Assembly (NCBI GenBank): GCA_964354545.1
Contig: CAYHAE010000007.1
Span: forward strand, 1 to 60,039
Source of the DNA: an uncultured Planctomycetia bacterium
GTDB lineage: Bacteria > Omnitrophota > Gorgyraeia > 2-01-FULL-45-10 > JAHFGN01
Length of the DNA: 60,039 nucleotides
Direction of reading: 5' to 3'
The notes under the pieces are model-generated. The model made no database searches and was not told the DNA's origin. It saw only the letters and a list, made by a program, of their open reading frames with translations. This document shows, piece by piece, positions 1 to 8,859 of this stretch; the stretch's first letter is position 1; each line of letters starts with the position of its first letter. The position numbers and the translations under genes were made by a program.

Positions 1-16
1 GTTGAGCTGAGATTAA

Positions 17-293
17 ACGCACAACGCAATACGCCGTACGCAATACGCAATACGACTTGTCCGGGGGGTGATCGTAAGCGAGTGGCCTTTCCCCGAGTTA
101 GGCTACTCGCCTCTCCCCGGACTTGCGTTTTTAAGCGTATGTGGTGTCGTGGTGACGCGGTGACTCGATCTACGCAATACGCAATCCCTCGGCTACGCGT
201 TCAAAAATTTCGCTCGAAATTTTTGAACAGCCTTCGGGATGCTCATCCTGCACGTAAATTGTATGAACTCGCAATACGATATACGCAATACGA
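17..293. repeat. Three patches of a tandem heptamer repeat (unit TACGCAA / ACGCAAT) at 17-54, 171-186 and 269-293
   Basis: Read directly: cgcaatacgccgtacgcaatacgcaatacg, ctacgcaatacgcaat and cgcaatacgatatacgcaatacg. The same motif recurs in intergenic DNA at 9511-9540 and 19133-19168. Confidence 0.8.
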
Positions 294-302
294 GACTAAA
301 CG

Positions 303-863
303 TTATCCGGAGAACTTCGACTCGTGGAGCTTCGAATAGATAGGACCCTGTGAAGTGAGCTCACTTTTAAACAAGATAATCGAATCGACTCTTTGGGAGA
401 GGACCTTTTCTATACTCGTCGCCATGATCTTCTCTTTTAGCGCGGCCTTATTCTTTGGAGACCGCACCCGCCCTATTGTGAGGTGAGGGCTGAAAGGCCT
501 TGATTCCCTCTGGAAGCCGAGCTTTTCCAACCGTTCATCGACCCTTCGCGCGAGAGCCTTCGACTCCTCCGCGCCTCTTTCGAGCCCGACCCAGACGACA
601 CGCGGGAATTCCAATTTTGGGAACACGCCGAGGTCCTTAATAATGGCCTCAAAAGGTTTCGACTCCTTCGCGACCTCATTGAGCGCCGATACCACCTCTT
701 CTATCCGGTCTTCCTTCACCTCGCCCAGAAATTTCATCGTGAGGTGGATGTTCTGCTGTTCGACCCATTTCACGTCGGCGCCCGCGTATCTGAGGCGTGC
801 CTGGATCTGGGCGAGCTCGTTCTTTATCTCTTCGCTCAGTTCTATCGCGATGAACGTGCGCAT
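303..863 (-). CDS. thpR: RNA 2',3'-cyclic phosphodiesterase (2H phosphoesterase, LigT/ThpR family)
   Basis: Two H-x-T motifs (HLTMKF and HLTIGR) in a ~186-aa protein. I start it at MRTFIAIEL (863), because the 17 extra N-terminal codons of the 303..914 ORF are encoded by a dispersed repeat (868-930). Confidence 0.85.
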   Translation of the reverse strand: MRTFIAIELSEEIKNELAQIQARLRYAGADVKWVEQQNIHLTMKFLGEVKEDRIEEVVSALNEVAKESKPFEAIIKDLGVFPKLEFPRVVWVGLERGAEESKALARRVDERLEKLGFQRESRPFSPHLTIGRVRSPKNKAALKEKIMATSIEKVLSQRVDSIILFKSELTSQGPIYSKLHESKFSG

Positions 864-867
864 TGTT

Positions 868-930
868 TTTAGGGTTTTCCGCCAAAGGCGGATCCGCCTC
901 CGGCGGAAGGGCATAGGGTTTAGGGTGTAG
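868..930. repeat. Dispersed repeat family W, copy 1 (tttagggt..ttccgccaaaggcggatccgcctccggcggaaggg..tagggtttagggt)
   Basis: Near-identical to 26100-26157. It contains two small hairpins (ccgcc-aaa-ggcgg and ccgcc-tcc-ggcgg) flanked by TAGGGT units. An inverted TAGGGT-type arm follows at 943-960. Confidence 0.85.
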
Positions 931-961
931 TTAGATGATGCTAATCCCTATACCCTATACG

Positions 962-2194
962 CTATGCATTTCTCCTGATGAGGTTGAGCGCGACCTGCGA
1001 TGTCTGGTATTTTATCTCTTCCCGGGACCCCTTGAACCTGAATTCCCGGACTATCTTTGTGCGGTCCGACGCGAACGCGACGTAGACGAGGCCCACGGGT
1101 TTCTTCCGCGTCCCTCCCGTAGGGCCTGCGATGCCTGTGATCCCCACTCCGATGTCCGCGGACGCGAGCCGCCGCACACCTGAGGCCATCTCTCGCGCGA
1201 CCTGTCCGCTCACTGCCCCATGCGCTTTGAGAGACTCTTCCCGGACACCGAGGATATTCGCCTTCGCGCTGTTCGAGTAGGAGATAGCTCCCATCAGAAA
1301 AAAGCGCGAACTGCCGCTCACATTGGTGAGCCTGTGCGACACAAGGCCGCCCGTGCAGGACTCTGCGACAGCGATCATCACCCTCTTTCCGGTCAGGATC
1401 TTGGCGTCCGCGCCTTCCAGCGTATCTTCATCACAGCCGAATACGAAGCCGCCCAGGCGCCGTCTTACGATCCTCTCGACCCTCGATATCGCCCTGCGCG
1501 CGCTCACCGCATCTTTCTCTTTCGCGGTGATCTTCAGATCGACCTCGCCGAGTCTCGCATAGATGCCGACCGTCACCTTTGGCCCCAACATGAGAAGGTC
1601 CCTGACCTTGTGGTTCACCTGGGATTCGGCAAGGCCCGTGGTCTTGACGGTCCGGGTGAGGATTATGCTCTTCACCCCGAACTTTTTCTTAAGGAAGGGG
1701 ATCACGGAACCTTCGAACATAGGGATGAGTTCCCGCGGAGGACCGGGCAGGGCGATGAGAAGCGCGTCTCTGCATCCTATCATGAGCCCCGGCGCCGTGC
1801 CGACCTTATTCCTCACCCATCGCGCCCCGCGGGGGATGTATGCCTGACGCATGCTTCCCGGAGGGATCTTCAATTTCTTAAGCGCGAAATAGCTGCGCAG
1901 GTCTTTCAGGACCGTCCTGTTGAGGACCGTCTTTTCCCCGCCTATCCTCGAGAGCGCCTCTACCGTGATATCGTCAACGGTCGGCCCAAGGCCTCCTGTC
2001 ATGATGACGATGTCGGATCTCCCCGCAGACCGGCGTATGCACTCTTCCAGCCTCTTCGTATTATCGCCGACGCTCGTCTGGTAGTAGAGGTCGATCCCGA
2101 GCTCGGCAAGCTTGTGGGAGAGGTAGGCGGCGTTTGTATTGAGGATATGCCCCAAGAGGAGTTCCGTTCCTATGCTTATGATTTCGGCATTCAT
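962..2194 (-). CDS. cinA: CinA family protein (competence/damage-inducible; nicotinamide-nucleotide amidohydrolase type)
   Basis: 410 aa. The N-terminal MoCF-biosynthesis-like domain starts MNAEIISIGTELLLGHILNTNAAYL. The C-terminal CinA/PncC domain contains AVAESCTGGL. Confidence 0.9.
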   Translation of the reverse strand: MNAEIISIGTELLLGHILNTNAAYLSHKLAELGIDLYYQTSVGDNTKRLEECIRRSAGRSDIVIMTGGLGPTVDDITVEALSRIGGEKTVLNRTVLKDLRSYFALKKLKIPPGSMRQAYIPRGARWVRNKVGTAPGLMIGCRDALLIALPGPPRELIPMFEGSVIPFLKKKFGVKSIILTRTVKTTGLAESQVNHKVRDLLMLGPKVTVGIYARLGEVDLKITAKEKDAVSARRAISRVERIVRRRLGGFVFGCDEDTLEGADAKILTGKRVMIAVAESCTGGLVSHRLTNVSGSSRFFLMGAISYSNSAKANILGVREESLKAHGAVSGQVAREMASGVRRLASADIGVGITGIAGPTGGTRKKPVGLVYVAFASDRTKIVREFRFKGSREEIKYQTSQVALNLIRRNA

Positions 2195-2276
2195 CGGTTA
2201 GAGTATACATTTATCCAAAAATATTTGCAAGAATTTTACTCGCGCGTACGTCTTTATATAGTGAAAGACCATAAAT

Positions 2277-2300
2277 TCCACCGCGTAGGTGGACACGGTT
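2277..2300 (+). repeat. REP-like hairpin element, copy 1 (tccaccgcgtaggtggacacggtt)
   Basis: 24-bp element with a CCACC-gcgta-GGTGG stem-loop, 53 bp upstream of the RAYT start. Identical to 2977-3000. Confidence 0.85.
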
Positions 2301-2352
2301 CAGTTGCAGTTAAGGAAATGGGATAGGGAGACTGGATTAGGGGTAAGCTGCT

Positions 2353-2988
2353 ATGGAGAACATTTTCCATGTTTACAACAAAAGCATAGCAGGATTCGTC
2401 ATTTTCAACGATAATGACGAATGTTCCAGAATGGTAGATGTGCTTCGCTATTACCGGGACGAAGGTCTGAAAGTCAAATTCTCCAGATGCGCGGACCCCG
2501 ATGTCCACCGCGTAGGTGGACACAGTTTAGGAAAGATAGTGGAAATTCTCACTTACTGTCTCATGCCAACTCACTTCCATCTGCTTCTGAGGCAGAACAA
2601 ACAAGGTGGTATAGCGCGCTATATCAATACCGTGCTCAATAGCTATACGAGATATTTCAATCTTAAGCACAAGAGGAAGGGTCCCCTATGGGAAGGTAGG
2701 TCGAAGAAAGTCCTGGTTACCACCGAGCAGCAATTTCTTCATTTAACACGATATATACATCTGAATCCCGTAACCGCATATCTCGTCACTCATCCAGAGG
2801 ACTGGGCCGCATCATCTTATCGAGAATACATATCGGTTGATGAAGGGTGCACGGGGCTCTGCACCAGCAAGGAAATGGTAGGGATGGATCCAATTTCGTA
2901 TAGGAAATTTGTCGAAGATGGTATTTCATATGGGAGACGATTAGCCGGTGTAAAGGCATTGCTCCCGAACCGCAAGTCCACCGCGTAG
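2353..2988 (+). CDS. REP-associated tyrosine transposase (RAYT; IS200/IS605-like Y1 HuH transposase family)
   Basis: HuH motif in YCLMPTHFHLLLRQ and catalytic Tyr context LTRYIHLNPV. About 211 aa. Flanked by cognate hairpin repeats, and the stop codon TAG lies in the loop of the 3' repeat. Confidence 0.85.
   Translation: MENIFHVYNKSIAGFVIFNDNDECSRMVDVLRYYRDEGLKVKFSRCADPDVHRVGGHSLGKIVEILTYCLMPTHFHLLLRQNKQGGIARYINTVLNSYTRYFNLKHKRKGPLWEGRSKKVLVTTEQQFLHLTRYIHLNPVTAYLVTHPEDWAASSYREYISVDEGCTGLCTSKEMVGMDPISYRKFVEDGISYGRRLAGVKALLPNRKSTA
2504..2527 (+). repeat. REP-like hairpin element, copy 2, inside the RAYT coding sequence
   Basis: tccaccgcgtaggtggacacagtt, 23/24 identical to the flanking copies. 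It is read in frame as VHRVGGHS. Confidence 0.85.
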
Positions 2989-3000
2989 GTGGACACGGTT
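2977..3000 (+). repeat. REP-like hairpin element, copy 3, overlapping the RAYT stop codon
   Basis: Identical 24-mer. The TAG at 2986-2988 sits in the hairpin loop. Confidence 0.85.
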
Positions 3001-3025
3001 GATGGATGAAGCCGAGAAAAAACCC

Positions 3026-3055
3026 TTTACAAAAAGGAGGTGCGATATGTATAAT
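3026..3055 (+). promoter_or_regulatory. Sigma-70-type promoter upstream of recA (TTTACA - 18 nt - TGTATAAT)
   Basis: -35 TTTACA at 3026-3031 and extended -10 TGTATAAT at 3048-3055. A second TGTATAAT lies at 3097-3104, and the 10-bp palindrome ATAAGCTTAT lies between them. Confidence 0.5.
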
Positions 3056-3135
3056 GTATAAGCTTATTATATTGAAGGAGCAAATTATAGGGAAATTGTA
3101 TAATAGAGCATGACCGCTTAAAAGGAGAAGAAGCG

Positions 3136-4218
3136 ATGGTGAAGATGAAAGTGAAAGCACCTGAGGAAGAGAAGGAGTGTGTGCAGCGTATCGAGGAGAA
3201 GGCGAAGGAAGAGAAGGAGTGCGCGCAGCGTATCGAGGAGAAGGCGAAGGCCCTTGAGATCGCGCTCGGCCAGATAGAAAAGCATTTTGGCAAAGGGGCC
3301 ATCATGCGGTTGGGGCAGGATTTCAAGGTCGACGTCCCCGCGATCTCGACAGGCTCGATCGCGATCGATATTGCGCTCGGCGTAGGCGGGGTGCCGCGGG
3401 GGCGGGTCGTCGAGATATACGGCCCGGAGGCGAGCGGCAAAACGACGCTCACGCTCAGCATTATCGCGCAGGCGCAGAAGGCGGGCGGCCAGGCCGCGTT
3501 CATCGATGCCGAGCACGCCTTCGATCCCGCGTACGCGAAGAAGATCGGCGTGAACCTCGACAACCTCTTGATGTCCCAGCCGGATACGGGCGAACAGGCG
3601 CTCGAGATAGTCGAGACGCTCGTGAGGTCTAACGCGATAGACGTGATCGTGATAGACTCTGTCGCAGCGCTCACGCCCAAGGCGGAGATCGACGGAGAGA
3701 TGGGGGAGTCCCACATGGGCCTGCAGGCGCGGCTCATGAGCCAGGCACTGAGGAAGCTCACCGGTGTCATCTCGAAGTCGAAGACGTGTGTGATCTTCAT
3801 AAACCAGATACGGGAGAAGATCGGCGTTATATTCGGGAACCCCGAGACTACCCCGGGAGGGAGGGCGCTCAAGTTCTATACGTCGGTAAGAATAGACTTG
3901 CGCAGGATCGCCTCTCTCAAGAAGGGGGACGAGGTGGTGGGGAACCGCTGCAGGGCGACCATCGTCAAGAACAAGGTCGCGCCGCCGTTCAGGAAGACGG
4001 AGTTCGACATCATGTACGATGAAGGGATCTCGAAGATAGGGAGCATCCTCGACGTGGGCGAATCGGCAAGCATCATCGCAAAGAGCGGCACATGGCTCGT
4101 CTACGGGGAAGAGAAGCTCGGCCAGGGCAGAGAGAATGCGAGGGCCTACCTGAAGGAGAATCCCAAGACGCTCGCGAAGATAGAGAAGGAGATACGCGAG
4201 ACCACACTCAAGCGTTGA
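3136..4218 (+). CDS. recA: Recombinase RecA with an N-terminal repeat extension
   Basis: Walker [11 protein letters not shown], plus [14 protein letters not shown] and the usual RecA core. The N-terminus carries a duplicated 14-aa unit. Confidence 0.97.
   Translation: MVKMKVKAPEEEKECVQRIEEKAKEEKECAQRIEEKAKALEIALGQIEKHFGKGAIMRLGQDFKVDVPAISTGSIAIDIALGVGGVPRGRVVEIYGPEASGKTTLTLSIIAQAQKAGGQAAFIDAEHAFDPAYAKKIGVNLDNLLMSQPDTGEQALEIVETLVRSNAIDVIVIDSVAALTPKAEIDGEMGESHMGLQARLMSQALRKLTGVISKSKTCVIFINQIREKIGVIFGNPETTPGGRALKFYTSVRIDLRRIASLKKGDEVVGNRCRATIVKNKVAPPFRKTEFDIMYDEGISKIGSILDVGESASIIAKSGTWLVYGEEKLGQGRENARAYLKENPKTLAKIEKEIRETTLKR
3166..3249 (+). repeat. Perfect-phase 42-bp tandem duplication (2 units) inside the recA 5' end
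   Basis: Units 3166-3207 and 3208-3249 differ at 3 positions. They encode [14 protein letters not shown] and [14 protein letters not shown]. Confidence 0.9.
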
Positions 4219-4227
4219 GTATCCCGT

Positions 4228-4713
4228 ATGGTTGACGACACGTTGAAAGCTCGCGTACGGAATAGCGCGTTCGCACTTCTTCGGGCAAGACCCAGGAGCG
4301 AGCGGGAGCTCGTGAGCCGGCTTAAAGGGAAAGGCTATAACGACGCAGTGGTCCGGCTCGTGGTCGAAGACCTCAAGAAGAGGGGGATGGTCGACGACGA
4401 GAAGTTCGCGCGATTCTGGGTCGAGTCCAAGATGCACCTCAATCCCGTCGGCGACGTGGTCCTGAAGAATGAATTGAGGGAAAAGGGCATCAGCGCCGAT
4501 ATCATCGAAGCCGCCCTCTCGTCAAAAGACGCAAAGTACGATGAGTACGAGGTGGCCAGGTCTATGGCCGTCGAACGGTTCAGACGCCTGAAGAAGATCG
4601 ACAGGCGCAAGGCGACGAAGAGGGTATACGATTTCTTGATGCGCCGCGGTTTTGCGTATGACACGGTCCGGCGGATCATAGAGGAGCTCACGGAACTTCC
4701 TCATGACGAGTAA
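4228..4713 (+). CDS. recX: Recombination regulator RecX
   Basis: 161-aa helical-repeat protein immediately after recA. The recA-recX-alaS arrangement is typical. Confidence 0.85.
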   Translation: MVDDTLKARVRNSAFALLRARPRSERELVSRLKGKGYNDAVVRLVVEDLKKRGMVDDEKFARFWVESKMHLNPVGDVVLKNELREKGISADIIEAALSSKDAKYDEYEVARSMAVERFRRLKKIDRRKATKRVYDFLMRRGFAYDTVRRIIEELTELPHDE

Positions 4714-7462
4714 CGAGATACGGAAGGCATTCCTCGATTTCTTCACATCAAAAGGCCACCAGATCGTTCCGAGCGATTCGCTCGTTCCCGCGAATGACCC
4801 GACGCTCCTCTTTACCGGGGCAGGGATGAACCAGTTCAAGGAGCAGTTCCTCGGCCGGAACATCGCTTACCGCCGCGCGGCATCGAGCCAGAAGTGCCTG
4901 AGGACGGGCGACCTGGAGAGGGTCGGCAAGACCCCCGGGCACCATACCTTCTTTGAGATGTTGGGGAATTTCTCTTTCGGTGATTACTTCAAGAGAGACG
5001 CGATATGCTGGGCGTGGGAATTTTTGACTGAAGTTCTGAAGCTCAGGCCCGAGAGCCTGTGGGCCTCCGTCTATGAGCAGGACGACAAGGCATACGGCAT
5101 CTGGGCCGATGCAGTGAAGGTACCGGAAACGCGGATAAAGCGGTGTGGTCCGAAAGAGAACTTCTGGCCGTCGAATGCGCCTGCCGAAGGGCCCAACGGC
5201 CCGTGCGGCCCCTGTTCCGAGATATTCTATGATTACGGGCAGCGCGTTGGCTGCGGCAAACCTGACTGCAGCCCCGCGTGCGACTGCGGAAGGTTTATTG
5301 AGGTGTGGAACCTCGTCTTCACCCAGTTCGACAGGCAGCGGGACGGAAGCCTCAAGGACCTCCCCTCAAAGAACATCGACACCGGCATGGGTCTGGAGAG
5401 GATCACGGCGGTAGTGCAGCAGGTGAGGACGAATTTCGAGACAGACTCATTCAGGCCCATTATCGACGCGATAGAGAAAAGATCCGGAGCGGAATTTCCG
5501 GGCCGAAGGGGGAAAGTCAACACTATCGCAGACCATATAAGGGCGATAACCTTTGCCATTGCTGATGGCGTGATGCCGTCCAATGAAGAGCGCGGTTACG
5601 TTATAAGGAAGCTTATCAGGCGCTCCTGCGTTTATGGAGCGGATATCGGCATAACCAAGCCGCTTCTCTATAAACTTGTATCCATCGTTGCGGAAGGGAT
5701 GAAAGAGCACTATCCGGTACTCATCGATAAAAGGGATGATATCGCACAAGTGGTATTGCAGGAAGAGAAGAATTTTTCAAATATGGCGGCTGCTCTCTTG
5801 CCCAAAGTGAACGAGGCCCTTGAAAAGTTTACGCAGGAGCAAAAAAGGGACAGCAAAAAGTTAGCGGAGATCGTCTTCAATTTCTATGATACCTATGGGG
5901 CACCTTATGATTGGATCGAGGATATTGCCGGCACGTTCAATTTAGAGATAGACAAGGACGCGTTCGATTCGCTCTTAGAGAAGCAAAGAAAATTATCCCG
6001 GTCGAAAAGCAAGATACGCGGGGAGATATTCGCTGTCGATGAGCTCGCGCTCATCAAGGACCTCGGCGCGGCGACCGAATTTCTCGGGTACGATGCCGTA
6101 AAGGCAGAGGGCCGCGTCGTCGCGGTCTTTAAGGATCGGACTCGCGTCGCACAGGCGGGTGTAGGCGAGAAGGTCCAGGTAGTGCTCGACAGGACCCCTT
6201 TCTATGCTGAGTCAGGCGGGCAGGTCGGGGACAAAGGCAGGATGATGTCCAAGGAGGCGGACCTCGAGATTTCGGATACGAAAAAAGCGGGAGATTCGGT
6301 CGTCCACTACGGCACTGTCACAAAAGGCGTCATCAGGGAATCGGATACCGTGTTCGCCGAGGTCAGCCGCGCGTCGAGGGAGAGGATAAAGAGGAACCAT
6401 ACCGCGACGCACCTCCTGCACGGCGCCTTGCGGAAAGTCCTTGGGCCCCATGTGCATCAGGCGGGTTCCGTTGTCGATGAGGCCCGCATCAGGTTCGATT
6501 TCACTCATGTGAAGAAGATGGAAGAGCGGGAGCTCGAGCGCGTCGAGGATATGGTGAACGGCGAGATCGCTAAGAATGTCCCGGTGTGCAAGGAGGTCAT
6601 GGATATAAATGCGGCCATGGAGAGAGGCGCCATGGCGCTCTTCGGAGAAAAGTACGGCACGCGGGTGAGGGTGGTGGTCTGCGGAGATTCCAAAGAGCTT
6701 TGCGGCGGGACTCACGCCGATTCGAGCCGTGAGATAGGTCTCTTCACGATAACGGGCGAAAGCTCGATCGCCGCGGGCACGAGACGAATAGAGGCGCTCA
6801 CGGGAGATGCGGCGTTAGAATTTATGAAGACAGAATCAAAGAGGCTCTACGACGCGTATCAGCGTAAGGTAAGCAGCGCAAAAGATATGGCCTCTGATGC
6901 TGAATTGAAAAAGATAAAGGAGATCGACACTACAGTACGGGTTCATACGATGAGCTATCGACTCGACCCCCAGAGTGTGCGTGAGTATAGGGCGTGCAGG
7001 GAAACTCTCGAGCGGGCGGCCGAATCAGTCGAGAAGATCGCGATGAGGTTGTCAAGAGAGTCCCGGAGGGGAGCCATTGCCGAGAAGCTGAAAGAGATCG
7101 ATGCCCTCATCGCCGGAGCAGAGACGATCGGAGCGTCGAGGGTTATCGCACGCAGGATAGAGGAGGCCGACCTCACGGTGCTGAGGGCCATGGCTGACGC
7201 GATAAGGACAAAGTCAGAATCGACGGTTATAGTCCTGGGGTCTCGCGGGGAAGAGAGGGTCTTTCTGGTCTGTGCCCTCACGCGTGACCTCGTCGATAAG
7301 GGGAAGAGCGCGCAGAATATCATAAAGGAGATCGCGAACATTGTGGGAGGATCCGGAGGAGGGAGGCCCGACTTTGCCCAGGCAGGCGGAAAGGACCCCT
7401 CGAAGCTGGAGGAGGCGCTTAAGAAAGTGCCCGGTGTCGTCAAGGAGGAGCTTGAGCGATGA
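4703..7462 (+). CDS. alaS: Alanine--tRNA ligase
   Basis: 919 aa. Class II core HHTFFEMLGNFSFGDYFK, editing domain HTATHLLH and CGGTHA, and a C-terminal DHHA1-like domain. Confidence 0.97.
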   Translation: MTSNEIRKAFLDFFTSKGHQIVPSDSLVPANDPTLLFTGAGMNQFKEQFLGRNIAYRRAASSQKCLRTGDLERVGKTPGHHTFFEMLGNFSFGDYFKRDAICWAWEFLTEVLKLRPESLWASVYEQDDKAYGIWADAVKVPETRIKRCGPKENFWPSNAPAEGPNGPCGPCSEIFYDYGQRVGCGKPDCSPACDCGRFIEVWNLVFTQFDRQRDGSLKDLPSKNIDTGMGLERITAVVQQVRTNFETDSFRPIIDAIEKRSGAEFPGRRGKVNTIADHIRAITFAIADGVMPSNEERGYVIRKLIRRSCVYGADIGITKPLLYKLVSIVAEGMKEHYPVLIDKRDDIAQVVLQEEKNFSNMAAALLPKVNEALEKFTQEQKRDSKKLAEIVFNFYDTYGAPYDWIEDIAGTFNLEIDKDAFDSLLEKQRKLSRSKSKIRGEIFAVDELALIKDLGAATEFLGYDAVKAEGRVVAVFKDRTRVAQAGVGEKVQVVLDRTPFYAESGGQVGDKGRMMSKEADLEISDTKKAGDSVVHYGTVTKGVIRESDTVFAEVSRASRERIKRNHTATHLLHGALRKVLGPHVHQAGSVVDEARIRFDFTHVKKMEERELERVEDMVNGEIAKNVPVCKEVMDINAAMERGAMALFGEKYGTRVRVVVCGDSKELCGGTHADSSREIGLFTITGESSIAAGTRRIEALTGDAALEFMKTESKRLYDAYQRKVSSAKDMASDAELKKIKEIDTTVRVHTMSYRLDPQSVREYRACRETLERAAESVEKIAMRLSRESRRGAIAEKLKEIDALIAGAETIGASRVIARRIEEADLTVLRAMADAIRTKSESTVIVLGSRGEERVFLVCALTRDLVDKGKSAQNIIKEIANIVGGSGGGRPDFAQAGGKDPSKLEEALKKVPGVVKEELER

Positions 7463-8679
7463 AGGTGGTGAAGATCGGTTCAAAGCAATTCCAGAAATTG
7501 TGTTCGATGGACTGTAAGAGGAACAAGAGAGTCGTCAACGGCGTGAGCACGATCATCGAGGCGGTGAGGGTCAACGGCGACGACGCGGTCCTTCGGTATA
7601 CGCGCACGTTCGATGGGGTGAGGCTTACGCCGAAGACGATGAGGGTCTCGGAGGGAGAGAGGAGCGGGGCCTATCAGGATATAAAGCCTGATTTCGTGAC
7701 GACGCTGAAGCTCGTGATGGAGAACGTCCAGAAGTTCTACAGAAAGCAGCTAAAGAGATCATGGAAGAAGAAGGGCTCGGACGGAGAGGTCCTCGGGGAG
7801 CTCTTCACGCCCCTCGAGCGCGTGGGCATCTACATCCCCGCGGGAACCGCGCCCCTCATCTCGACGGTATACATGACGGTCATCCCCGCGAAGATGGCGG
7901 GCGTGAAGAAGGTGGTCCTCGTTACGCCGCCCAATGAGCACGGCTCCATCGACCCGCACATCCTTGTGGTGGCGGACCTGTTGAAGGTGGACGAGATATA
8001 CAAGGTCGGCGGCGCCCAGGCGGTAGCGGCGCTCGCGTTCGGGACGAAGACGATACCGAGGGTCGACAAGATCGTGGGCCCCGGTAACGCGTACGTGACA
8101 GAAGCGAAGCGGCAGGTATTCGGATATTGCGACATCGATATGCTTGCCGGTCCGACCGAGGTCGTGATCATGGCGAACCAGTTCACGAACATCGACTACC
8201 TCAAGGCGGACCTCGAGGCTCAGGGCGAGCATGCGATGGGCCTTTCTATTCTGGTGACGACCTCGAAGAAGCTCGCCCGCGTCATGAAGAAGGAGCCCAT
8301 CAAGGGATACCTCATCGTGGCGAAGAATATCGAAGAGGCGTGCGAGGTCGTCAATACCTTTGCGCCGGAACACCTGCAGCTCCTGGTCAATAACCCGCGT
8401 AAGATCCTGAGGAAGATCACGAACGCAGGCGCCATCTTCCTCGGCCCTTATACTCCCGTGAGCGTGGGCGATTATCTCGCGGGCCCAAGTCACGTCCTCC
8501 CCACGGGAGGGACGGCGAGGTTCTTCTCAGGTCTTAGTCTCTCGGATTTCGTGAAGAGTTCGCACATTATCTCGTATTCGAAGAAGGCGCTTGAGAAGGT
8601 CCGGGAGCCCATGGAGATGCTCGCTCAGATCGAGGGGCTCACCAAGCACCTCGATTCGGTGAAGGTAAGGTTTCGTTAG
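7459..8679 (+). CDS. hisD: Histidinol dehydrogenase
   Basis: 406 aa with GPGNAYVTEAKR and AGPTEVVIMA motifs. ATGA overlap with the alaS stop. Confidence 0.93.
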   Translation: MKVVKIGSKQFQKLCSMDCKRNKRVVNGVSTIIEAVRVNGDDAVLRYTRTFDGVRLTPKTMRVSEGERSGAYQDIKPDFVTTLKLVMENVQKFYRKQLKRSWKKKGSDGEVLGELFTPLERVGIYIPAGTAPLISTVYMTVIPAKMAGVKKVVLVTPPNEHGSIDPHILVVADLLKVDEIYKVGGAQAVAALAFGTKTIPRVDKIVGPGNAYVTEAKRQVFGYCDIDMLAGPTEVVIMANQFTNIDYLKADLEAQGEHAMGLSILVTTSKKLARVMKKEPIKGYLIVAKNIEEACEVVNTFAPEHLQLLVNNPRKILRKITNAGAIFLGPYTPVSVGDYLAGPSHVLPTGGTARFFSGLSLSDFVKSSHIISYSKKALEKVREPMEMLAQIEGLTKHLDSVKVRFR

Positions 8680-8688
8680 CGCGGTAAA

Positions 8689-8816
8689 GCAGATCTATGC
8701 ACAGATGACCGCAGATCCCATGGACATCGGCGCATTCACAGATGATCGCAGATATGTGTCATCTGTGTTCATCCGTGACGAATAGGCGCGTATCACGATA
8801 TCCGTGTTAATCCGTG
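8689..8816. repeat. Repeat family V: two CACAGATGAYCGCAGAT units followed by two inverted YATCYGTGTTMATCCGTG units
   Basis: Units at 8700-8716, 8737-8753, ~8760-8777 and 8799-8816 in the hisD-hisB gap. The heptad substructure is ATCYGYG. Confidence 0.7.
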
Positions 8817-8859
8817 CATTGAAAAGCCGGCGTGCGGGATGCGTGGAAAGGATAACGCG

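Noticed and set aside
82-339. 85-aa plus-strand ORF at the window start.
   Set aside because: Its sequence (TQYAIP, IRYTQYETK) is simply the heptamer repeat patches read as protein. It has no RBS, and it overlaps the thpR 3' end.
895-930. Telomere-like TTTAGGG repeats.
   Set aside because: Only two or three units are present, embedded in a dispersed bacterial repeat (family W) in the middle of a contig with normal flanking genes.
3056-3070. Palindrome ATAAGCTTAT between the two TGTATAAT elements as a LexA/SOS box upstream of recA.
   Set aside because: It does not match any LexA-box consensus I know (CTGT-N8-ACAG, GAAC-N4-GTTC and others), and no lexA gene is in the window. It is mentioned only inside the promoter feature.
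3118-4437. 439-aa minus-strand ORF opposite recA/recX. Similar long antisense or out-of-frame ORFs include 1220-2326(+), 10951-11763(-), 15168-16376(-), 20912-21637(-), 24680-25519(-), 42676-43401(-), 52940-53779(-), 57568-58473(-) and 58836-59582(-).
   Set aside because: Each lies fully within a gene that has unmistakable conserved motifs on the other strand or frame. Their translations are Arg/Pro/Leu-rich and low in complexity, as expected from stop-poor alternate frames in GC-rich DNA.
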